A stretch of 63,410 nt of DNA, counting the filler, from Folioceros fuciformis (taxonomy: Eukaryota): the NCBI GenBank assembly GCA_049999805.1. It is 4 parts of 4 records of this genome, joined end to end, with 100 filler letters (N's around TTAATTAATTAA, not from the genome) between each part and the next. Parts side by side here need not be neighbours in the genome. Positions count along the whole stretch, not along the records: positions 1 to 26,896 come from JBNGIO010006003.1; 3 more parts are not named here. One strand, written 5' to 3'. The notes under the pieces were generated by a model. That model had not been told where the DNA came from, did not search any database, and saw nothing but the letters and a program-made list of their open reading frames with translations. Below are positions 9,277 through 21,888 of the stretch, in pieces. A program made the position numbers and the translations under genes. Positions within the stretch are counted from its first letter, which is position 1, and each line of letters begins with the position of its first letter.

Positions 9277-10269
9277 TGGAGAACTTCCTCCTTCTCAAAC
9301 CATTTTTCTTTACAAAAACCTTACTTGAGGGTAGAAATGCTCACTTGTCGAGTACTGACCTGGTCGTGGAATCCACAACGAAACATGAGCTGAAATGAAA
9401 AGACCTCCTGGTCAGCCGAGCTTCCAGTTGATGCCGTTCCACCCAGAACACCTTCAACCTGTCGCGATTCCAAGGAAAAGTGGCTCTTTCTCTGGTACCC
9501 CAAAGCGGGCGATTCTGCATACATAGCACTGCTTGAGTTCAAGACTTCAGTCTCCCATGATTCTCATGACCGCAGCTAACGGTGTAGAAATACCTTAAGC
9601 ATTCGCTTGACCACCCAATCTGCAGGACATGCCAGTGTCTCTTGCCTACCCATCGTTGATTCCTCAAGATAACTCCCTCAACTTCGTCCATCGACGACAC
9701 TGAAACAATGCCGTAGAATCTCATGGGCACCTGCTGCTTACTTGTCTCCACACTCCTTCTGTTCATAGCCAGTTCCACACAGACGGCTCCGAGATGGACG
9801 CGACATCAACTTCCCAGGACCATGAGCCAGACATTGCCAGAGATAGACATTCACAATTCCACCCAAAATGTGATGTGGTTATGGATCATGTTAATGACTA
9901 GAGCGCATGATGTGAGCGCGACACGTTACCACATGAAGTCATTCGTTATATTTTATTTCAACAGTGATAAATTTCAGGATCTTAAGAACGATTATTCTAA
10001 CATGATGCGGTATGCGTAGTACGCGTTGTTACCATGCCATGTCGGATTTCGGCCCATCAGTGTCTAGAAATACCTTTCCTGTCCGGTGAGAATCTGCGAA
10101 TGGCTTCAAAATCTCAGTTCCCGAAACGATTGATTTGGAACCTCTACATATCCATTTTACTGTACAAATGTATCTTGATACCAACTTTGTCCGCTAAACG
10201 TCGTCTTTGTTGCCAAAGCTTGTTCTGCTAGGGCTTCAGGACGCTCGTGCTTTCGCTTGGTGCAACGCT

Positions 10270-11114
10270 ATGGCCGCTGCTGCGAAAGAGCTGCGGTTTC
10301 AGCTGGAGACTCAGGCATCGGCGTTGCAAAAGATTCAGAAAGGTGACCTATGTTTACAAGCTGGCGCGGCAGTGTGAGATTTTTGCCTACTGTTCGTGCT
10401 GTCAGTTCTCCAGTCGACTAATTTCGGCCGCTGCTGTCGGCTCTGTGGTGTCGGTGTGTGTGTAGACATCGCCAAGAATCACCAAGTTCGGCGACAGTAT
10501 ACAATTCAGCACGGGGAGAATGAGATGGTGCAGAAGGTGCTCACAGAAATTCACCCATACGAGCTCTGCAAGTCGTTGCCTGTCGTGCCGAGCAGGAAAG
10601 ATTCGCTGTGGTGGTTGGGGTATCGGTGCCTTCTCTGATCAGGCAGCGCCTCTGTTGGTCACCGTGGTGTGCAGGAGCTCGAGCTGCTCGAGGATGACGC
10701 CAACGTGTATAAGGCCATCGGCCCGTTGCTAGTGAAACAGGATCTGGTAGAAGCAAGGACCAACGTTAACAAACGCCTTGAGTACATCACCTCAGAGCTG
10801 TGAGCGTCGAGAGCGTGAAATTCGGCAGATGAAAGAATTTTTGCTACTTCCAGGCGTCATCCTGATCTTCTGATTTTACTGGCAGGAGGCGGTTGGATGC
10901 TACGTTGAAGAACTTGGAGGAGCAGCAGAGCAGTAAACAGGACGAAGTAAGTGGATATCGGATTGCTCGGTTGCACCCCTCCTGCAGGGGATGCCATTTT
11001 GCGACCGAAAAACAAAGCCCTTGCAGCACTTTGACATCAGCTTTGTTGCACCTCCAGGTTTTCAAGCTGCAGCAACGGCTTCAGGCCGCACAAACCGCCA
11101 AGGCGAAAACTTGA
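10270..11114 (+). CDS. PFD6: Prefoldin subunit 6; exons 10270-10342, 10466-10536, 10675-10799, 10886-10946, 11058-11114
   Basis: Manual GT-AG splicing gives MAAAAKELRFQLETQASALQKIQKDIAKNHQVRRQYTIQHGENEMVQKELELLEDDANVYKAIGPLLVKQDLVEARTNVNKRLEYITSELRRLD..., a typical prefoldin beta subunit 6. Confidence 0.92.
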
Positions 11115-11383
11115 TGTGCCTCGCGTAGCCTCCCTCGTATGCCCCGTAGTCTACTTCGGTGTTTGCAAAACATTTTCCACACACACTCTGACATCCTTAT
11201 CACCATGCTAGTGCAAGAGGACCTATAAGATACAGTTCTCTTGTATCCCATGTGAGCATCCACTCCAATAAGGGCACCCGCATTGAATGATGGTCTGTTC
11301 TCTCCATAACTTTCCTTCACCACGCGCGTTCTGGCTGCTCGTTTCCATTTGTAGGCGTTTGGAGTCAGCTCGGGAAGTTAGCC

Positions 11384-12460
11384 ATGTCGGCCCCGATGCT
11401 GCTGCTGCTTGTCTGCGTGCTTTGGGGCAGTTTCATTGGCATTGGCAGTGGAGCAGCTACGTCCGACTACGCTCCATTAGCGTGTCCAGTCGTCCCCGAC
11501 CCGGCCTTCCGCCCTGTGTTTGAGGAAATGCAGGGCACTGGCACACGCCCCGGAACCTTCTACATTTCGCAGGTCCCTGCATGTCCCAAGGCGGTTCTGG
11601 TCATCTCCCACGGACTCAACCGCTCGCCGTACACCTTCTGGGACCCGCACCCAGACTGCGCCCTGTGCACGGGCCTGCCCGAGGACCGGGCTATCGCATT
11701 GGAGGCTCTGGGGAGGGGATACGCGCTGGTGGCCGTCAAGTCAATTGGCGTGGAGTGGGAGACATGGCCATTCCAGGAGTCGAGGGATAGGGCGAACGTG
11801 GAAGAGGCGCTGGAGTCCTGGCTGCTCCGGAACCCGCAGCTGCGGGGGCTGCCGTTAGTGGGATTGGGAGTGTCTGCCGGGGGGAATTTCTCCTCTGCTC
11901 TGGCGCTGGACCTGGAGTTTGCGGGCCTCGTGTTCATGGTGGCGTCGGGAAGCTTCGAGGCGCTGGAGGCAGTTGAGGGGCTTGCGTACCCGCCCACCAT
12001 GTTCATCCACATGCCCAAGGATCCGTGGGAGGATAGCGTGCAGCTGGCGATGGAGCTAATGCGCCAGCGCGGCGTGGAGGTGGTGGAGGTTGTGTGCAAC
12101 GAGTTCCCCGTGGGCCCGAACCTCTTCACGGCGCGCATTCCGTGCGTGAGCCAGCAGACCGGCGAGGCCATGTACCTGGCCTTCGCCGAGTCGGGGCTAT
12201 TGGATGAGCGGGGCTTGCTCCTCCACGATCCCAGGCTGGCGGATTCGTGGAAGGGAATCCTGCGTCAGAGGCGCATCTTGCCTGATTGTGCTCCCGATGA
12301 GCTGTGCCTTCAGTCTCACCTGTTGGAGGAGCTCAACATTGCGTGGGCGTCCCACGCTATAACCAGCTTGCCGTCCAAACACATGTTCGATTGGCTCGAC
12401 GCACAGGTTGAGAGGAAACCACGTAGTCAGTCATCCTTTCTCTTTGTAGGGGCCCTGTAA
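11384..12460 (+). CDS. Secreted alpha/beta-hydrolase-fold protein, single exon, 358 aa
   Basis: Hydrophobic N-terminal signal, PKAVLVISHG, nucleophile elbow G-V-S-A-G, candidate Asp (MPKD) and His (ASHAI). Confidence 0.75.
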   Translation: MSAPMLLLLVCVLWGSFIGIGSGAATSDYAPLACPVVPDPAFRPVFEEMQGTGTRPGTFYISQVPACPKAVLVISHGLNRSPYTFWDPHPDCALCTGLPEDRAIALEALGRGYALVAVKSIGVEWETWPFQESRDRANVEEALESWLLRNPQLRGLPLVGLGVSAGGNFSSALALDLEFAGLVFMVASGSFEALEAVEGLAYPPTMFIHMPKDPWEDSVQLAMELMRQRGVEVVEVVCNEFPVGPNLFTARIPCVSQQTGEAMYLAFAESGLLDERGLLLHDPRLADSWKGILRQRRILPDCAPDELCLQSHLLEELNIAWASHAITSLPSKHMFDWLDAQVERKPRSQSSFLFVGAL

Positions 12461-12466
12461 CCTTTC

Positions 12467-12706
12467 ATTTGCTATCTCAAATACGGGCGAGGTGACTGTC
12501 TATTTGCTATCTCAAATACGAGCGAGGTGACTGTCTATTTGCTATCTCAAATACNNNNNNNNNNTATCTCAAATACGAGCGAGGTGACTGTCTATTTGCT
12601 ATCTCAAATACAAGCGAGGTGACTGTCTATTTGCTATCTCAAACACGGCATGGTGTACTTGCTAGATAGCCAAGTTGATAGCCAAGAGAGCGAGGTGACT
12701 GTCTAT
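12467..12706. repeat. 35-bp tandem minisatellite (ATTTGCTATCTCAAATACGAGCGAGGTGACTGTCT), at least 5 copies, interrupted by a 10-N gap
   Basis: Unit starts at 12467, 12502 and 12537, continues after the Ns, and has a detached partial copy near 12688-12706. Confidence 0.9.
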
Positions 12707-12848
12707 CATCGAAACAATGCACGTCGCCGATGCCATGTCCGAGTGACTTGATAGCCAAGGTTGACACGCATCCTTGAAAGGAAAAGGGAAATAAAAAAAT
12801 AGGAACTCAGAGAAGGACGGTGGTGCAGGAATTGCAGATCAGTCACAG

Positions 12849-12920
12849 AGCTCCCGGCGAGGATCGAACTCGCGACCTTTCGCTTACGAAGCGAACGCAC
12901 TACCACTATGCTACGGAAGC
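12849..12920 (-). tRNA. trnT-CGU: tRNA-Thr(CGT)
   Basis: Reverse complement GCTTCCGTAGCATAGTGGTAGTGCGTTCGCTT-CGT-AAGCGAAAGGTCGCGAGTTCGATCCTCGCCGGGAGCT folds as a cloverleaf with A/B boxes. AT-rich TATA-like sequence lies upstream and a T-run about 50 nt downstream. Confidence 0.95.
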
Positions 12921-13182
12921 CTATGCCTCATGACGTATTTTTATTATTATATAAATTAAATTTTATGTAATTCAGTCCACACAATTCACGTAATTCAGTC
13001 AATTTATGCAAGTTTGTCAAATTATCGAAGAAAGACCTATCCGGTAGTAGAATTGGGAAAGAATGTTCTAGATTCAATAGCTGAAGGCGCCACATCTCTA
13101 CAGGCCCAAATAAACTAGTGCCGGGGAGGGGAGATTGATCCCTCCAGTCTGGATGCCACTGGGAAAAAGGTTGCATCTCCCC

Positions 13183-16100
13183 TCACAGCTCATCATGAGC
13201 TGAAGGTGCAGCGGAGTTTTCGATCTGCTCTATCGCCTCTGCGCTAGGATCTCCATTCACAGAACTGGGCTCCCGGTTGTCAGATACTTGTTCTCCATTC
13301 AGACTATCCGATGATGGTTCGGTTGTCTCGTTTGCGACAGTTTCCATCACCTTGGGCTTGGGCTTTGGAGTTCGGTCAATCTTCGCAACCTTGTCTTTCA
13401 AGGTGCCAATCCTTAGAAACACGTCGTCTGATGAGAAAGCAGGGTCCTGATGAGGTTGAGCCCTGCACATGCGACGTTGGATATCAAGCCATGGATTTAG
13501 AATGTCATGCTGTGCAAGGAAAATAAATTGACCATGGCAAGTAGATGAGGTATAAGGGAGGCAGAGACGCTTACTCGCGTTGCCGAGATTCCTTCTCATC
13601 CAACCACTTCTCGAAGGCTTTGACTTCTCTTAATACCTGTGTGGGCACAAGACATAGATTAGACGTGCCAGACACAAGGACTGTCAGATTGTCACGAACC
13701 TTACAATGGATAGGGGAATGCGCACCTCTTCCTTGCTGCTCTCCGTGATCCACGGCTTGTCCTTGTTCCATCTTTCAACAGTCTACATCAAATCAAGACA
13801 ACAGACCATTAGCACCTGTCACGACCACATAGAGGACAACTATCGGTTCCTGTCCTTCAGTATGTACAGTAGGTTAAGCAACAAAAGACAGACTTGATTG
13901 TACATCCGTTTAGAAGGAAACGAGAGCGCCAAAATGCATTTACCTCTTGTACTTCAGGGCAGTACACTTTGGCATATTGGATCGCCAAAGGTCTGGCCTT
14001 CAACTCGCCCAGCCTGTAATGATCCTTCAACTGTTGTCAGACTCCCTAACATGACAATCTCATTCAACCTCAAGCTTTGGAGCCAATCCAGCTACTCTCA
14101 GATGTCATCCCAAAAGAAAGGGGACAGACCTGAAAAAGATGGCATCGCCTGTCTTCCGAAGGCCTGAGAGCTTCTTCTCAAACTCCGTAGCCCCAGCATC
14201 TTCACCATCAGTATACAGCCAATCCTCTACCTGCAACGTGTATGAGAACCATTTACAGTGTGCCAAAAAACACTTCTGAAGATATGGATGCAATCACATT
14301 TGCCATCCCCAGCCTTGCCTCTTGATTCTACCTACCTCTAATAAATCACCTCTGAAGTCTTCCAGCTGCTTCTCTGTGGTTACCTTCTCAATGCCTTCCT
14401 CTTCAAGCTGCAAAGCAACAGCAGAGTAGGCAGATTGAGAAGCTGAGGCATAAGGCAGCTGCTTTCACACAAAATCTGAGAAGGATTTCCACCTTCACCC
14501 TGGTTTCAAGAATGTAGGCTTCAAGACTATTCTTTGCCTCCGCTGTTTTCCTTTTCTCAGCATCCTTCTGATTCAGCTCTGTTGTTCGTTTGACAGCGTT
14601 AAGAAGGGCCTCATCAGATAAGGATCTGCCTGGTCCTGTCGTAACATCTTTGATCTGCCGAGCACATTATCATTCAGACACAAGTTTTGATTAAAAGATG
14701 GTACCATTAAGAGGTGATCCACATGCAAAGAAACCCCTGGGAAAATGCCACACCCTGACATTCACAAAACATGACAGAACAGCTTACCTTAAGTGGGATC
14801 CTTATTGTCCTCTTCCTCAGCTTCGTTGTAGTTTGAGGCTTGTCTGTCGTTGAGTCAACAGCCTGTTCCTGATCTCCACTGCTCTCACCCTTCACATTTT
14901 GGCCATCTCTCTCCTCCTTCACAGAACCTGATTCTGCCCCTGCTGCCTCAGACGTTGCTGTCTGGTTGCCATCAAGTGTGATATTTTGAATTGGCACTTC
15001 ATACAGCTCTGAAATTTCAACAACAGTCTCCGCACGATCCAGTGACAGCACACCACTTCGGCTGATGGAGAAATGCAGACTTGTCTTGATAGGCGCTGAC
15101 AAGTTGTGTGAAACATACCTTCAACCAGTGCATGAGTAGTGAGTCACCAGGACTGTTAGAACAGGGATGCACCAACAAACGTCACATGCATTTCCAGTGT
15201 CAAACCCGTGGCTTACTTGCTGAAAGCTTCTGCTACCCCCGCAATATGAAAGGTGCTGAATTCCGCAGACACTACACCAGGAGGCAGCGGACCGGAGGGA
15301 TCATAGGATAAATGTAATGTGAAGTCCTCCTTCAGATTCTTGAATGACCTGAAAACCTGCGAAGACAAAAGTCAGGAGCACGACATTTGCAGCGCAGTTG
15401 GGTACATCGTAGCCTGGTTCGTAACCACAGGCCAAAGCCCAGATCTTTCACCTTACTGGGAACCTTCTTCACAAGCCGGCCCACAAGAAGGTGCTGATCT
15501 GATCCAACTCCATAGTCGTCATAGCTTTCAAAAACAGCACCCTTGGAGCTGTCCAGTTTCAAAACAATGCCATAAGGAACACCATCAATCATCCCCAACT
15601 TGCGATTCAGCTTGAACCCATCACTGATATTCGCTGCATGGAGAGCTGCCCCGAGGACAACTGCCTCATCCGAGTCAAGGTGGCGGTCCAATTCACTCTT
15701 CCCCAGGAATCCTGAAAGGACAGCCTGCATCGGCCGTCACAAGGTCGACCAGAATCAGGCGACCGAAAGACAAGCAGTGCATTAGACTTGCAGTGCCGAG
15801 GCACAGAAAATCACCTGCAACTTTGGTACACGAGTAGCACCACCCAGAAGCTCAACGGCATACACATCCTTGAGAGACAAGCCGGTGTCAGCAAGCACAT
15901 CTTTCAGGGGCACCAATGCGCGCTCCCAAACGTCCCCACACAGGTCCTCAAACTTCTCCCGAGTAATGCTACTCCTGCACTCGAGAGATCCCCACACGCA
16001 TCAACAACAGAACAGAAAGCACAACTGCGCGTAGTCCAAACCACATACACCATCCTACCACAAACCTGAAATCCCGATCATCATGAAGAGACTCCACCGA

Positions 16101-17174
16101 CAGCGGGGCATCTAGGTTAGCACTCAGTATTTCCTTGGTCCGCTTCACCTGCTTTTTCAGCTTGGCCATAGCTTTGGGGAATTGGCGGACATCGAACCCA
16201 CCCCCCACCTGCTTGTTGAACTGATCAGCGAAGTACTCCACAAGCTTCATCTCCATGGCCATGCCACCCAAGTTGGCATCCCAACGGACCCCCTTCACCT
16301 GCATCCAGACCCTCAAGTCAGAATCATCCATTCTCAACCCACACTCACCCACCCAGAACAGCAGAAACTCACCCCACCCCCACATCACCTGAAACTGATT
16401 AAGCGAGGTGGGCTTCCCCTTATCCTTCGCCAGGTAGGAAGAAAAGGTAGCCACAGCCGCGTACACGCTGTTGGCTCCCATATCATAAAACACCACATTC
16501 CTGGTCTCGTTCGCAAAATCCTTATCAATCCCATACTGCAAAGCCGCCCCCGAATGCTCATTGACAAGCGCTAGGACACTGATCCCCGCCACCTGTGCGG
16601 CAGATAAGAGGGCCCGCCTCTCCCCCTGCCCGAAATAAGGCGGCACGGTGATCACGGCGTCTTTGACCACCCCCTTCACGTGGGCTTCCCCGAGCCCCAC
16701 CGCGTAATGCAGCAGCATAGCGAGCAGCTCCTCGGAGGAGTAAACGACAGAGCCGTCGTGGATCCGGAACGCGGCAGCCCCGCGCTCGTCCTCCACTGCC
16801 TCCAGAGGCACGTAATTCCGCCTCAGCGCCTCCCGCACCTGGGCCACGTCCTTCCCCACCAAGTCCCGTACGCCGGAGAAAACCCTCTCCGGATACCGCG
16901 CCGTGATACCGGCCGCACTCTCTGCCAGCAGGCGCTCCCCGTTCGAGAAGGCCACCAGAGCGGGGGACTTCCGCTTGGACATCTCGTTGATGGCGACCGA
17001 GATAGGCGCTTGACCCGGGCGCAGATTCACCACTGCAACCTTCACCCACTCTGATCCCAAATCGATGCTGAGCACGGCGGCCTGGGCCGGGAAAATGCTC
17101 GGGCTCCCCAGCAGGAGCAGCGCCACGACCGAGACCAGCAGCAGGCTCAGGCGGAGGCCCGGCCTGCGCTCCAT
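13183..17174 (-). CDS. HSP70-17: ER-luminal Hsp70/Hsp110-type chaperone (HYOU1/GRP170 orthologue), multi-exon
   Basis: Signal peptide, SIDLGSEW, AINEMSKRKSP, ITVPPYF, FYDMG, ELLGGATRVPKLQ, LDSDEAVVLGAA, and C-terminal HDEL. Many short GT-AG introns. Confidence 0.93.
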
Positions 17175-17503
17175 CGTGCCTCCTCTTCCGCGGACACTAC
17201 AGGGCGATCGGGCAGTCCCGCTCTCCACAACGCCGTCAGATTGACTCCCGGCCGCACAAAGAAGCCCGAGTTTCGTCCCCACGGCACAGGACTAAATGCG
17301 TACCGATGCTTCACCAAGTGGAGCTTCAGTCATGTCCGAGACCGAGTGCACTGCTCCCAGCCCTGACCGGGAAGGTCGCAAGGCACGCGAGGGCTGGAAC
17401 TATGGAACGGAACGGCAGGACGCGGCGGGGACCAGGCCCACAAACTCACCAAGGGGCCGTTATGCCGTGCCAGCGCGCCGCGTGGACTTGACACCTCTTT
17501 CCA

Positions 17504-17522
17504 CCAATCACGCTGGACCATG
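17504..17522 (+). promoter_or_regulatory. ERSE-like element (CCAAT-N9-CCATG) in the HSP70-17 promoter
   Basis: One mismatch to the ERSE consensus CCAAT-N9-CCACG, about 330 bp upstream of an ER chaperone ATG. Further CCAAT boxes lie nearby. Confidence 0.4.
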
Positions 17523-19399
17523 TCACACCCGCCTTCCTATTGGCTACCCGCCTGAGGCTGCATTTTTTGGACTCCAATAAACACACACGTTGAATTCCAT
17601 CGTCCACCTACCATATACATAAATATTAATATATCATATAAAGATACAAATTTCTTTCTCTTTTCTTTCTACTAAGGTCTTCATATGTGTTTCTAGGTCT
17701 AATATGCCTTCACACTAAATGAAAGACAACCTTTTAGAAATGTTATGTGGGAAGTGGAGATTTTATTGAAAGAACAAGATGGAAAAACCCATCTACCTTA
17801 AGGGGGTATATCTCTTGTCTTATGACATGTAACTAAGTGACAAATAGGAGTTTGATGCTTGTCTTAGGTGCAAGTGCAGGAGGCAATAACAACAGAAGCA
17901 GTGATGGCGTGCCAACACAAAAATTCTAACTTGAGCAACATTGCAAGCATGAGGATGTGAAGTGGATGGTTGGTAAACCCCCCCTAAGGAGACCAATAGC
18001 AGACATGGCTTCTTCCACCTATGGAGGGATGGGAGTGGATGGATGAATTCGTTGTTGTTGATGGCTAATGTCTAGTGCCTAATGGATGAATTCATTGTTA
18101 ATGATAGCTAATGTCTAGTGCATAAGAACCTGATTGAGCACTATGAGCACAAGGAAGATAAGTAGTGAAAGAAAGGTAGTGAGGGGGTATCAAATTAGTG
18201 CCAAATATACAATGGGTAGGCACGTAATGTAATAGGTTCTGTGGTCATTATGCTTAGGCACAAAAAGGTATGAATAGGAATGTACAATCGCTAGTTGCTA
18301 TCAAAAAAGTAGGCTTTTCATAAGTGTCAAGTGCATTTGAAATGGCTGTAAATCAACATCAAAGGGTCATTCTAATATATCTTTTTAACATGATTAATAA
18401 TATTGGAAGAAGATGTGGTAACCACTTGTATGCGATCTTAAGTCCAATGGAGGCCACTATGACATGTGTGGGGAGCTTGTGCAACAATGAATGTGAGTGA
18501 TGAGGCAGTAAGGCAGGCAATAACATTTAGTGTGATAGAGGAGTGACATAAGGCAAGGACACATGCATAATAAGTTATGAATCGAGACAAAGACATTTCA
18601 AATCAAATATAAAGCGTGGCACCTCAATATGGAATTTGCATAGTCATGATTTCAATAAACTTTCATGTGAAGAGAAGAAAGCAAGGTGGTCACATAGTTT
18701 GGTGTACCAAAAACTGTAACAACCGCCAATATGCTATATGTGCAATACATGCCACTTGCAACAAATATAAGATATTAAACAAGTATTAATTAGAAAAACA
18801 ATTTCAAAGTTTTGGGAACAATGCCAACTGACAACTAAGGATTTCAGTGAAAACAAAAGCCGGTACTCGGGCGTAAAGGTGCAAGTCTACAGCTTCACGC
18901 CCCAAGCTCATGAGTTGAGCAACCTCACCGGGGACAACAAGCCGGCTAAGTGAACAAGGGGGACCATAGTAAGATTGTAGTAGTCATGAGGTCACCACAA
19001 TTGCAGGCTAAGCAAGCAAACTGTGATACAAGATGTGTGCAATGTAGGAAGTAGTCAAGCTGGAGCACGAATACCAAGTTGTTTCCATCTCGGCATGGAA
19101 ACAACTCCAGGTTTATTACCTCAGTTTCAGTAATGAAGGGTTTCTTCAATCGATGGTCGGACGGCCAAAGGGAGCGTGTTGCACAATTTTTGCATTTTGG
19201 CTGGAGAATTGGATTCATTGGAACGATACTTGGACAAGCTTTCTTTACCACATGATGAACCAATCATCTTGCCTGGTGTGGAGGAGGATGCTTTGAAGAC
19301 CTTAACAGACATTCAATACCATGCTCTTCTTCAACATTGGCAAAGACAAAGACAACACAAGAGAAGGAATCCCGTAGATACTTGAGCTCAAATACTGAG

Positions 19400-20100
19400 A
19401 AGCACCTTCTAATCCCAACTTTAGCATCCCGTGGCGTGCAATTAACGAATTTTGTTGACAAGATGAGAATAGCATCTTGCATAGCTCAACAAGCTCTTCA
19501 AGATAATGTAAATAAATTTATAAATGAATGCATAGAGTGGGACTAAATTCCACTGCAAGTTGCCAACTTTTTTTAAAACTAAACTTTTGATCTAAACTTT
19601 AGCATCTCATTATATGCCATAAGAGCATTATCTAGACATCATGAGAATACCCTCTTGTAGAAATCAACAAATTCTACAAGATGATGTTAAGAAGTTTGCA
19701 TAATAATACTGAAAATGGGATTGAATAACCTTGCAAGTTTGCCAATTGTTTCCAAAATCAAACTATTAATCCAAACTTTGGCATTTCATTTCATATAGTA
19801 AACACACTATCTAGACATATTTGTAATATTACGTTGTAGAGCTCAATGAGTTCTACAACATGGTATAAAAAAGTGAACATAAAAATGTGTAGAACGGGAT
19901 ATAATGCCTTTGCAAGTTTGCCAAAAGTTTTAAAAATTAGTATTTTGATACAAAATTTGTCGTTTTCTTCAATGAGATCTATACATGTACTAGCGAAAGA
20001 TAAACACATTACTTGTAGAGCTTGATGTGCAAGGTGGCGTAAAAATTTGCGTGTAGTTATGTATAGAAAAGGATTAAATAATAATATTGCAAACTAGACC
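19400..20100 (+). repeat. Degenerate ~179-bp tandem repeat, 3-4 copies, probably a decayed coding repeat
   Basis: TGCAAGT(T)TGCCAA recurs at about 19554, 19732 and 19911, and TCTAGACAT and TTGTAGA recur at the same spacing. Confidence 0.6.
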
Positions 20101-21888
20101 CAAAATCTAGACTTATACATCTTTAGGCCTAAATCTCTTTTGAGCTTGGACTAAGAGCTTTACCATCTTGATTTGGGTGAATTGTTGCAACTTACCTCAA
20201 TGCTTGCAAACACTTCTGCAAAACTATTGATGCTATCTGCAATCTTGTCCAGCCCACTATTTGAAAGCTTCATCTTTGCTTGTTTGAACACGTTCTTTAC
20301 TACTACACCTTTTAAAATTGTTACCTAAGTAAACAATGACTCACAAATCTTATTGTCTTAAGAAGTAGAAGGTGAAGGATGACCCCTAGTAGGTGTTGAT
20401 GGTGCAGGTAAAGATGATATGGGTGTGAGTATAGTAGAAACATGAGAGCACATAGAATGATTCATTCCGTATATGCTCTCAAAAACCCCTTTGGTAGAGC
20501 TGTCAGTTGCTGCAAGAAAAGAAGTCCATTTTGTGAACCCTAAGAATCTAGTTATTTAGCATCAAACAACAACTCCACGTTGATCACAAAAAAATGGCCG
20601 CAAAAATTAAATTGAAAATAAGATCCACATAAACCTTGCTTGGTGCATGTTATCCCACATGAGTGCTTTTCCCACCTTTTTAGTTGAAGCTATTTAAAAC
20701 ATGGTGCACATTACCAATAGCTATAATTGTTTTTAACTTTGGCATGGATCAAACTCTTGAGGCATCATGAGCTAGCATAATTCCTTCTTTTTTGGATATT
20801 GGAGTTTTGAGTCATATACCGTATGCTCGTATTCCAAAAGAGAAACGAATAAAATTGGATGATTAGAGTATTGCATATATCTTCCTTGGCTATTTTGAAG
20901 ATTCTTGAAGTTATCACTTATTTGCTCTACATACTTGAAAAATTATATTAAGTTGAGTTAAGTTAAAATGCATCCACTTATATATCATAAATGTTGTATG
21001 ATGTGCAAAGTAGTTGTCGTTATAATGATGTAATTTGCATTTACAAATGAGGAATTGCATGCAAAAATCCCTTAGCTCATGTTGCTGCTAAATCAAGTTT
21101 GTCTTCCTTGCAACCAAAACATTTATGAATCTCCAATAACGAGGAGTTAATCTTGGTGCTAGATATTTTGGGCAGGTTGGTGAGGAATAAGGAAAATTGC
21201 TAAAGAAAACCCGATGAAGGATTTCAAAGTGACCTCTAGTAAGGAGGTTGACAGATTATGATTGTCTTTTGGGCGATGATCTAGATTATGGTTAATTGGC
21301 TTCGTAAAGGAATTTGGCAATTGGTGGCTAGCCTACAATCAATGATGTGGATTATGGGGATTAGGTTGTACGAAGGGATTTGGTGACTTATGGTTGGCCT
21401 CTAGACAATGACTTGGATTATGGGCATTGTATCCCTATAATGGGGCAAGGTGTAGGTTGCGGCTAGTTTTTACAAAGGTTTGGCCAGCCATGTGATTGTT
21501 CCATGGGTTTAAAACTCTATTGGTAGGGGAAGGTCGATACTCCCATAGGAAGGTATGCCCTATTGCCTCTTGCTCTTCAGGTTATATTGTTTGCTCCAAA
21601 GCTAGCTCGCCTTTGGTTGAAAGTGGAGATATGCAAATACAAGAATTTAGTCCCACCAAACTCTTTATCTTTATGAGGGTGAAATTGTCTCCTCTTAGGA
21701 TCTATGGGTACTAGGTGTCCCAATTGGGCCTCTAGCCTTTATGGATTTTATGGTTGTAACTCTTGAGAAAGACATATGCCGATGACTTTTTAGTTTGGGA
21801 GACCTACATGTAGCTGTTAGGATTCTCTATTACATATTTACCATGTTGCCTGAGGTATTTCCTTAAGACATTGCCCTGTTCAACACTC

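Noticed and set aside
12467-12706. CRISPR-like look of the 35-bp repeats
   Set aside because: Units are contiguous with no unique spacers, there are no cas genes, and the context is eukaryotic.
15969-17282. The 437-aa ORF as a complete protein
   Set aside because: It reads through introns of HSP70-17. The likely start is the ATG at 17174 and the gene continues to 13183.
17600-19400. AT-rich region as a possible transposase remnant
   Set aside because: No motif could be recognised, only a short 43-bp tandem duplication near 18040-18120.
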